From Balanoglossus misakiensis (taxonomy: Eukaryota > Animalia > Hemichordata): a stretch of 64,000 nt of DNA. The translations under genes and the position numbers were made by a program. This document shows positions 38,864 to 49,300 of the stretch, piece by piece; the stretch's first letter is position 1, and every line of letters begins with the position of its first letter. The notes under the pieces were generated by a model. It made no database searches. It had not been told where the DNA came from and saw only the letters and a program-made list of their open reading frames with translations. The stretch covers positions 2,534,699 through 2,598,698 of the forward strand of contig CM082581.2 in NCBI GenBank assembly GCA_040954595.2. Direction: 5' to 3'.

Positions 38864-40034
38864 TTAATCAAGGGAAGCCCAATATGGAGAGAAAAGTCAC
38901 GGCAAACTCCCCATCCATTTGCCAACTTAACAGTGGCCGACCTTAGGAGAGAGCTTGATGCTAGGGGTGAAGAAACCGAAGGATTAAAGAAGCCAGACTT
39001 ACAATCTAAACTCTCTGAAATTTTACATGGTATGCAGAGAGTACCAGCACTGCTCCATCTCACTCCAGAATGTAATCTTGCTGAAATAAACTGCTCTGCA
39101 TATGAAATTTTGCCATCAGAGCCACTCCATGACCTGAAGGGACACATTCACAATGTGTTAGAAGAAATTCCAGCACAAACCAAGGATAAATAAGAAGCAG
39201 TAAAGTTACAGAACTTTATTCAGGCAACATATGGTGGTAAAGACGAAATTCGGGGATGCGATGCACGCAAAGCTATCCTTCTGGTGTCCCAGTATCTTCA
39301 CGAGAACAACATAAATACTGAGCATGGTCAGCTTATTGACACGCTTGCTGAAATAAGCGAAACTGCTTATAAACATGACAATGACAGATGCCCACGACTG
39401 ATTCTGCGATTGTATAACACTGTATTTTTGCATGGAATATTGTGCAAAAGGGTATTTGAGAAGCCAAAGAAACTTACCAAACGAAAGATGTTCGGGCGGT
39501 ATTTCCATAACATCACCGTCCATCTACCTGATCAACTGAGATTGGTTTCTCTGCGGTCAACAAATGCTGAAAACCAGAATACAGTAATCCCTGAGGACGA
39601 AATACTGTGACGACCAACACTACTGCAAAGCCACTATGAAAGGATTGCAGATTTCTTGCTGCCAGGAGAAGGTGTATTGTGGCAGAGACATGAGGAAGCA
39701 ATAGAGTTTTTAACTCTGATACCCAGGATGATTTCAAGGTATCTGCAGTGCAATTTAGTCCCAAATATTTTAACTCACACTTTTATTTCTTTTCAATAAC
39801 AATTACTGTTGATTATATGCAGACATAATACAACAGATTGCATGGTGTTTTGGGACAGGATAAACTAATCTAAAATATAGTATCAAAGCATCAAAAATTA
39901 CATCTATACATGCCCTGTCTTTTTCATGGAACTTTTCTGTCAAGCAGGTTCTGTTATTTTTTGTGACGAGCAACCTCCATTTTTACAAATAATAGAACTA
40001 TTCTCGGATATCCCACATTTTTTATGGCTTTCTA

Positions 40035-40376
40035 AAAAGGTCTCTCACTCGCTGCCCTTTTTCTTTTTGTGTTTGATACAAAACACCATTTATGTTAATG
40101 TACATGTGTATATGTAGTGAATGAACGTTCAACCACACACAAGTTCCACCATGCTTGTATATGAGAGTAAAAACTCGCCCAAAATGAATAAATGGTAGAG
40201 ACCGATTGTTCATTTTGGCAAGGTTTTTCACTCTCGTGTCTACAAGCGGGATGGAAGGTGTGTGTGGTTGAATGTTCATTCAGTATATATCCACATGTAC
40301 ATTAACATAAACAGTTTCTTGAATGAAACATAATATTAATGGGAAAAGGGCAGCGAGAGAGAGAGACTTTGTCCCT
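40035..40376 (+). mobile_element. AGGGACAAAG MITE copy (left end eroded), intronic
   Basis: Aligns to 38518-38863; ends CTTTGTCCCT|TTAA. Confidence 0.85.
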
Positions 40377-41710
40377 TTAACAGCATGCAAATCCTTATTT
40401 ATTTTGGAAAATTCTATTGTAAAAATTGTCCAAGATTATAGCACTTACATTAGCCATTGGTGTTGTGTGTAAACTGTTCTATAAAGAATGTTTGATCAAT
40501 CATCTTACCTGTTTATTTCTATAGGAACCAGGACCTCATCTGCATCATTTCCGGTCATAATCTCTGCAAAAGGTACAATGTGATATCAACAGGTGTTGGT
40601 AAGATTGTGTGGACAGAGTAAGAAGTGAAGCAATTGCTTTACCAATCCACAAGATAAAGCTCTATGACAGCAATGGTGAAAGAAGTGGTAGCCTCACTGT
40701 CACAGGCTTTCAAGATGATAGCAGACGTAAGAGCATATTACATCACAGTCAAACCAAATAAGTGACTTCATCTGTATGCATATAATTTTGGGGGAAACAT
40801 TACTTTCAAAAATATGAATTTCTTTCACTTCAGCCTGTCAAAAGTAATTGACCTATATATACCCAGCCATGTTCAACTTTCAATACCACATGAATTCAAT
40901 GAAAGTATATCTAATGGGCGAAATGTGTTGCTTCTCGCCTGATTTAGCAAAATTGAGTGACATAAATACTGGCTGGAACGGCTTAGTTAAATGAACTTTT
41001 GAAAGTATTTTTGAATTATGATTAGTCTATCACAGTAATAAATTTTGAAATAACACTATATAATACAAGCACTACAAAAAAATGTCAATATTTTATACTA
41101 CCTTATAGAATCCGAGGAAATTCCAGAGCATCCAATTGGTGTAGATGATGATGACCATGACTTGTTGATTGATCCTGGTTCCCATGAACACATCCTCTCA
41201 GTAGAAGATGATATACTTGCCCCTGATATCACCATGGACATGAATGACATCGAGCCGACAAGTGTACCTGAAAGGAACATGACATTACATGGTAGCAATG
41301 CTGAGGAGACCCGTTGCAGTATACCAATAGAAGATACAAGACAGACACAGCATAGTACAGGGGAAGACATCAACATGACAGACTGTGATTTGGAAACAGA
41401 GCACACTGAGGAGACAGTTGAAGCAGAAAGGATGGAAGTCAATGGTATGGAAAATTGCTGCACTCAAGAAGGTAACTATTACTATAGTGAAGTTACCATG
41501 TATGGGATTGTTCATTTCAAGGTTCCACTCATTCTTATTTCCTCCCCCCCCCCCTATCCCCAAATAAATCTGCAAGCCCACATTCCAAACACATAGTTAT
41601 GTCACAGTGCAGGAGATAGTCATTTCAATTTTATTTTAGAAAGGAAAGATAAATGTGTGTGAGCGGGAAAAGATATGAAACATGACACACCCACATATAT
41701 GTACATTTAT

Positions 41711-42147
41711 AATATACCTCATGCTAATACTGTGCCGTGATTCGCCAGAATCCGTCACGTGATAGGAAAATAGAATCGACTATGAACCGCTAGGGAAATA
41801 GCAGAAAAAATATAAACCGGTCACGTGACCCGCGTGAGTGCGCAGACTCGGTCACGTCAATCAGCGTCGCGTCGTCTGACACAATGGCCACCACTGAAGA
41901 TGTCGTCTGCCAGCCTCAAGAAAAAATTGCAAGATTTTCCCAGCTGTTAGCATGAGGTTTATTATAAAACACCTATAGCCTGGCCTATATTCGGGCCATA
42001 GCAGCCGTTTTTACCCCCTCGTGACTGTGAGTTACCAGAATCATATGCTATTTCCCTCGGCCGCATATGATTCTGGTAACTCACAGCCCCTCGGGTGTAA
42101 TAAACGGCCGCTATGGCCCTCATGGCCAGGCAATAGGTGTTCAATAT
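41711..42147. mobile_element. Foldback element family B
   Basis: IR ACCTCATGCTAA/TTAGCATGAGGT bounding 41711-41963, followed by a ~175-bp palindrome (41967-42141). Confidence 0.75.
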
Positions 42148-43399
42148 TTCATGTTGACCTTGTGGAACCCCAGGTCAGTTTAAGTGGCCCAAAAGGAAAT
42201 CACTTTAAGAAAAACTCATTATTATTGCTGTTAAACCTTAATGTTGTTTTCTTGTTTTCATTCAGGCAAGTCAAGTATCAAAGAAGTTGCCAAATCAACA
42301 GCAAAGATAACAGCCACACATGAAGAGTCATCAATCTCAGAGTAAAGTTAGTGATACTTCTTCAACCACGATGGACAGTCTGATATTTGTCCTTGGAGAG
42401 ACAAAAGAAGTCAAATAATTTGATAAATCACGAAATTCTTTGAAGGCCCTTCCCAATGATAAGAAGTTAATAAATGAATATATAGAAGCTAAGGTGAAAG
42501 TAGGAACAAAGCTGATGAAATCATACAGAATAGCCAAGCTGTCAATCAAAGAGTGGGAACAAGAATATTGCATAAATCATGGGGGTTGTGCACCAAATTT
42601 GGAAGATTACAAGAGAAATAAACGTATATTGAAATTGTACAAACAAACAAAAATGGCAACACATTTTTTGAAACGCTGGAATATTGATTATAACTGAGAG
42701 GTGAAGTATTTCCAGCGGTATGTGCATGCAATTTGATTACTCAGTGTGGACATATTTTGTACACTACACGTACATTCAGAAATATGGCATATTTTTCTAA
42801 TGACATGGAGATTTTTGTGACTTCTGATGCAGAGTAAATATATAAGATATTGTTAACTTTGGTGAATTTAAGTTCATTTTGTTGTGGTTTAATTTACTGT
42901 AAATAATTTTTCCAAATGTTTGCATTGTATAATTTACTTCCAAATCAGATGTTCTTTCCTTGTCATTTGCTACCAAAATTTAGTACCAAATGCATGGCAT
43001 TTGTATGTCTGTGTTCAGGCTGTGGCCACAACCAATCTTGTAGCTGTGGCTGAGACTTTCAATTTTCTGCTTGATGTTGTCACAGACATTTTCTTAATAT
43101 ATCGTATACTAATGTTATATGTCAGTTTAATAAACAATAACTTTGTAGTTTTGAATTTTGATGGAAAGGCAATCATCTATATTTGTCACTCATAAAAATG
43201 CACATTTCTTGACAATGTTGTTGAACCACTTCTCCCAAAATAATGGGACCCTTTGGTTTCAACCCCCAACCTGGCAATGTTCAAATCTCACATTGTAAAC
43301 ACCACCTGCACCTGCACTTTATTAATACAAGGAGACTGGAAACAGTGTGCTACACAATAAATTGAGACAAAGGAGTGTTACAAGACTTAACAAACAAGT

Positions 43400-43735
43400 A
43401 ATTAACATATGGCCTAGTTGCACAGGAAAATGTTACAAACAAGTTTTTCCCGCCCAAGTCAGAGTGTGCGTGGCGTGGGTCCATAGCTGCAGCTGTGGTG
43501 TTTTCTGGCTAATTGTACTTTTCCTTTTTACGGGCTCTTTTTCCGTGTCGATCAGAAAATTGCCCGCAAAATGTCAGACAAAAATTGCCAGAAAACACCA
43601 CAGCTATGACCCAGAATGAGATTATACTTAGGCCGTCCTCTGCATGCCATACTATCGATCGCATGTACCGAACGAAACTCGCATCACATGCAAACCGAAA
43701 ATAGCTGATAAGAACTTACCTTCATTGTACAGTTT
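43400..43735. mobile_element. Degenerate foldback element family C
   Basis: Arms AGCTGTGGTGTTTTCTGGC / GCCAGAAAACACCACAGCT around 43490-43610; boundaries approximate. Confidence 0.45.
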
Positions 43736-44021
43736 ACCGTAAAAAGCAGTCTTACACCGACGATTACGTTGGCAGGAAATGAAGGCATCGACTAAAACAA
43801 CATGAATCGGATGTACCGCGTACCGCCCACACGATGCACATGTCTGTCGCGATACAATACCATAGACTATTTTACTTCTGTCCATTCGCTCGCAAACGTC
43901 GTTTTCTGAATGTGTTCTGAGCTTTGGGCACATTTAAGGACCGAAACGGGGAGATTTTTGACATTTTTTTGCCGAATTTTCGTCAAAACCTCGCCGTTTC
44001 GGTCCACGCCCGCCCACACAT

Positions 44022-44756
44022 CATGGAGGTACTAGAGAGATGGAGCGAGGACGCTATTGTTTCCTATAAACCCCATGTGCGTCTTAATCTGTTTGCAAAT
44101 AACATTAGGATCTCATCCTTTTATCACCTGATAGGCGTTCATAAAAGCTGTGCGCTTGCGTAGATAAACAAATTATAGCTGGCGGCGTGTCTCCATGATT
44201 TACATTTAGCATATTCAACCAGACCAAACTGCTGTGCCGAAAGTCTCTGCACTAGCAATTACAATGGTGACTATCGAGTATCCCACACCATCCCACGCGA
44301 ACAAAAATAATTGCATCGGGAAGATTGGTTTTCAAAGAAAACCTAAGAACTTATTGTTTTTTGCGGAAGTTTGCGAAAAACTCAAAATATACATTTCAAA
44401 ATCATGCTTTTTGGTTGTACAAAGAAGAAAAATAACGCCACAAGTCTTCCAAGACGTCCGCCTGACACGTTTCCGGTAGTGGTGATGCGTAAACTTCACC
44501 CCTAGATGTAAATAAAAGTCACCACGCATATGTAGTACGCTCGTCCGCGATGTGCGCATAGTGTTTTTAATATCATAGAAATATTACCCCGTAGATCTTG
44601 CAAACCTAACTGTAAAATCGGCGGTAACGCACAGTGGGTTCAAAGGACGCTATCAACACAGAAACACAAAGACTTAAGAAGCTTATCACACTTCAGAAGA
44701 AAGGGAGTTAATCCGCTTAAAATCCGTCCTCGCTCCTTCTCTCTAGTACCTCCATG
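44022..44756. mobile_element. P-element-like MITE with 7-bp TSD
   Basis: CACACAT|CATGGAGGTACTAGAGAGA.GGAGCGAGGACG ... CGTCCTCGCTCCTTCTCTCTAGTACCTCCATG|CACACAT. Confidence 0.85.
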
Positions 44757-44915
44757 CACACATGAAACCACGCAACCACGAGGCTGAAGCCTTGGAAACC
44801 ACCTAAGCTCGGCAATGCGTGTGTGCTCATGAATATGTAATATCTAATTCGCATATTCATGAAAAAGTAACCAAAAAAACAGGAAAACATGTTTAAAATA
44901 CCAATAAAAAATTTA

Positions 44916-46278
44916 ACAAGTGACCTATCGGTCAAAAGAGCTCTGCTGACTTTAACAGTGTAATTTGGGCAATGATGGTAATACCCTATCGGTTTTAATT
45001 CATAACAATTAATGGGTGAGCATGTTGTTTTGTTGTTTGTGTACATACATGTACAAAGCTTGTACAACAAACCGTAAAAACGGCCTCCTCAAGGAATTTA
45101 TTACTTTCAAAAGTTTCAGCAGCAAAATTGACATTTCAAACTAACCAACTTTGAGCTAAATACTTTTAAATTTCTCCCCTATCTCATTCTATTGAACAAA
45201 ACCAAACATAGACATCATAAGTACATGTATATATCCAAATTCAGCTCGATTCATTGTGCTAAAGAAACAAAAAATTGAATCCTAAAGAACAACATCAAAA
45301 GGAAACACCAAGGTTCTAATTTGCATATTCATGACCCCATCAAAATTCAAATTAACAAAATCAGGTAGGGGCACAATAACACACATTCCTACCAAATTTC
45401 CGCTCCATTGTACATGTAGTTATGGAGAAGAAGATTTTTGACCAAAAATTCTATTTTTAGATCTAATTTGTATATTCATGACCCCATCAAAATTCCGATT
45501 AACAAAATCAGGTAGGGGCACCATAACACACATTCCTACCAAATTTCAGCGCCATCGAACATGTAGTTGTGGAGAAGAAGATTTTTGACCGAAAATTATA
45601 TTTTTAGATCTAATTTGCATATTGATGACCCGATCAAATCTAAATTAACAAAATCAGGTAGGGGCACCATAACACACATTCCTACCAAATTTCAGCTCCA
45701 CCGTAAATGTAGCTAGGGAGAAGAAGATTTCTGACCAAAAATTCTATTTTTAGATCTAATTTGCATATTCATGACCCCATCAAATCCAAATTTACAAAAT
45801 CAGGTAGGGGCACCATAACACACATTCCTGCCAAATTTCAGGTCCATTGTACATGTAGTTGTGGAGAAGCAGATTTTTACCAAAAGTTCTATTTTTAGAT
45901 CTAATTTGCATATTCATGACCCCATCAAATCCAAATTTACAAAATCAGGTAGGGGCACCATAACACACATTCCTGCCAAATTTCAGGTCCATTGCACATG
46001 TAGTTGTGGAGAAGAAGATTTTTACCAAAAGTTCTATTTTTAGATCTAATTTGCATATTCATGACCCCATCAAATCCAAATTAACAAAATCAGTTAAAGG
46101 CACCATAACACACATTCCAACCAAATTTCAGCTAAATATGCCCAGTTGTTTTAAAGAAGAAGATTGAAATACAAAAAGTTGACGGACGACGGACGACAGA
46201 CGACGGACGACAGACGACGGACGACGGACGGACACTTATCAACCTACTGCTACAGCTCGGCTGACACAAGTGACAGCA
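44916..46278 (-). mobile_element. HINE/Helentron-type element with internal satellite array
   Basis: AACAAGTGACC..GGTCA..GAGCTCTGCTG at one end; (GACG/GACA)n and AGCTCGGCTG..CAGCAGAGCTAAAAA at the other; A/T-run flanks. Confidence 0.75.
45315..46165. repeat. Tandem repeat, ~145-147-bp unit, ~5.8 copies
   Basis: TCTAATTTGCATATTCATGACCCCATCAAA recurs near 45315, 45462, 45609, 45755, 45900 and 46045. Confidence 0.95.
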
Positions 46279-46379
46279 GAGCTAAAAAACTAAACATTTG
46301 CAGTTTTTCTTTATTTACAATTTGATATATTTTTAGATTTTCAGTCAACATTTTTTTAATTTTTCGAGTTTTTTTAAAC

Positions 46380-49300
46380 ATGCCGGGTTCAGAGATTTGT
46401 CCTTCCATGACTAGGGAAGCAATCAGGGATCGTAACATACGTCGGGTGCGGGATAACACTGTCCGCGGAAATGTTGATTTTGTTGCCCCAACTACTGAAG
46501 ATAAGACAGCAATTTAACGTAAAATTTCAAAGCTTCGAACTCTGATGAAGGAGGGTAGGGCAACAAATTTTGACGTGTTATCAACGGTACTTGATTTCTT
46601 CCTGACGAGTCACGAAACGAACGGCAATGGTGGTATGCGTGACGAACCAGAAGAAGGTGCTTTCCACGAACCCGTGTACCAGAGGTGTCCAATAGAACGG
46701 ACTGATGACCAGATGTATTTGACAACGACCCTCTCTGTCCAGAACCTCGTAAAAACTGTCGAATCACACTCCGGAGCATGTCGAGGAACTCTTGCCTCAA
46801 AGCGCACGACTATGATGGGCCACGCGGGGAGGGTCAGTTTCAAGTGCGAGGAAGGTCACGGATTCAATTGGAATTCTTCGCCGTATTTACCAAACGGGAG
46901 ACTACTCGTCAACTACAGGTAAGTGTAAATACAGTGACATTGTATGATACGGACTTATATTGTTTTTTCATCTTTTATTTACCCAGAATACGTCAATGTA
47001 TTATGCTCTCGCGTCGTAACTTTGAAATGCTATGAACATTATCCAACAGATTGTTACACGGGTTGTTGTCAGCTGGCGTACGGACGCGGACTTATGATAC
47101 TGTAACCAGCGGTGCAAATATGGGGTCGTTGAAGGACAAGTATAGAACGAAATGTAAGCTTACACTTTTTTATAGCTGAAACTATCTAGTTTTATATTTA
47201 TTTGTGATCAGTCCTACTTTTAGTGTGGTCAACTTACATTGATTCTCAGACAGTTTCAACATATTGCATGACCATGGAGTTACAGACATGACTGCAGCAT
47301 ATAAAGACATGTCAAGACAATTTTTTTTTTTCCAAATGTATTAACTGTCGACCATCATCACAGTCACCCCATGACTGTGATGGCATATAAAGTAGGCAAA
47401 TCATCACTAATATTTCTCGTCTGTCTGTTTTTTTTATTCAGTTTTTGAGAAGTACCGACAAACTGTCCACAATGAAGCGGTCAAATCCATGGATGATGCA
47501 TTAAACGAGGTATGACATTTCACCACCCAAAAACAACTAAATAAATGTTATTTGATATTTTTATCATGCCACATTTTATCCGCGTGTTCATATAGGCCTA
47601 ATACATTTTGTTTTTGAATCCAATTTCAGGAAATCGCATCGGAAGACCGCACCATTAAGCTGGGGATTGAAAATATGAGCGATGCATGACACGGTACATG
47701 AAAGAATGCACAAAACTCTGACATAGTTGTACTTGGTGACATGTATGTAACAACTTTTCGTTAGAAATAACATTTTTCATCTCTATGGCAATGATGGTTA
47801 TATGTATGGTAATGTGTTACCCTTACACGCACTCAATCGCATCGCTATTTCTGTCGACAGTGAGTATTGTGTTTGGCATCAACACTACTTCTCCGAACTG
47901 ACATGCCGCATGCTTTGACGTATACTGTTATTGTAATATATGGCAATTTTGGATTAAATTCGACTAACTTTATTTGTAACTATTTGTCTTTGTTTTAGAA
48001 CCCATAAGTGCATCCATAAGAAGTTGGTCAGGAAGCACGATGACCCGTGTTCCCAAAGACACGAGATGTTTGGGATCAGGCGATTTTATAACTGGGCTGA
48101 TGAAAAAGGTAAAACATAGTATTAACACGGTGCTTTCCCATCGGTATCAGTAAAATCCTTGCTAAATGTTTTTACAAAACTAGACGCATGTACATGGACC
48201 ACATATAAAACGATAATTATAATTCTATGCAAGAAAATATGTCACACTGACAACCGGCTATTGCAAATGATTACATTTACAGGGGTTCCAATTTTAGTTC
48301 ATGGCCACAACAACGCGTCTGTAAACAAATTCCTGCGAGAGGAAAGGCCAGATACCATCAGCAGCAACGACACATGGCATGGTAAGGCTTCATTCTTACT
48401 TGACAGGGGAAGGTGTAGCAGCAAAAACACTCCAATTTAGTACATGTACATAAGGACGTCACATACATTTTTAGCTGACGACTTTTGATCATCTGTAAAC
48501 TTATAATTTGAAAGTGAATATGTGAATTCAGGTTTGTTTTCAAGGCAGAGTTGCATCAATCCAGGCACCATTAATTGATTCTGTTTCATCGTGTACACGT
48601 GGGCGAGGAGCTGTACCATCAATGCTTGTTTTTATTTTACAGTTACCAAGGCAATAGGCCGAGAGATGAAACGAGTAACCACGGGGACACAACGAAACAT
48701 GAACGTAACCTGGCACCCTGAACTTGCAGATAAAGGTAAAATCACACACATTTTATGTTTTCTCAATCGCAATGTTAAGTTTTCACTTTTGGTCAGGTAT
48801 CTGTGGTGACGAGTTTCTGTTTCATGTTCAGTTTTATGCGTTGAATATTTTTTTTCTCTTATGCAGCTTTGAAAATGGAGATATTAAACGTAAAGCCATT
48901 TCGTTTGTGATAACAATTATTACAAATTCAACTATGTGTTCACCTCTCCACAGGGGCCAATGTAAAGACACATTGCTACTGGGCCATGACACGGGCAAAA
49001 CAACACCTTCTGGACAATGGCAACACAACCCGGGCACGAACCGAAGCAGCGGCGCTAATCCGAAAAAAATTACACAATATTGTCGCTCATTATCAGGTAA
49101 TTACCTTTGAATGAAACAAAAATAACTTTTTTGATTAAATAAAATAGTTGAAAATGTAACCATCGCCATCACACATTCTTTTAAAGTTATCTGTGGATGC
49201 CAACATCAGGACAAAACCGTGACTGTGCTTCTTAATTTCCATCAAATAGACGGTACATGTTATCTTTTCGATCTGTAGGATAATCACGCTGGGTGTGACC

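Larger units (their letters stand above)
36550..42697 (+). pseudogene. Spliced RAG1/Transib-like DDE transposase/recombinase gene (decayed); exons ~36550-39738, 40525-40726, 41109-41471, 42266-42697
   Basis: Collinear ORF fragments with motifs KIWHDHS, RFFHGDGPA, YQCICG, EPLHDLKG, YFHNITVH, TNAENQ, then ERIADFLLPG and HLHHFRS. Canonical GT-AG introns; several stops and frameshifts. Confidence 0.7.

Noticed and set aside
45315-46165. CRISPR-like periodicity (also 62490-62945 and 24479-24610)
   Set aside because: Whole units repeat with no unique spacers, there are no cas genes, and the context is eukaryotic.
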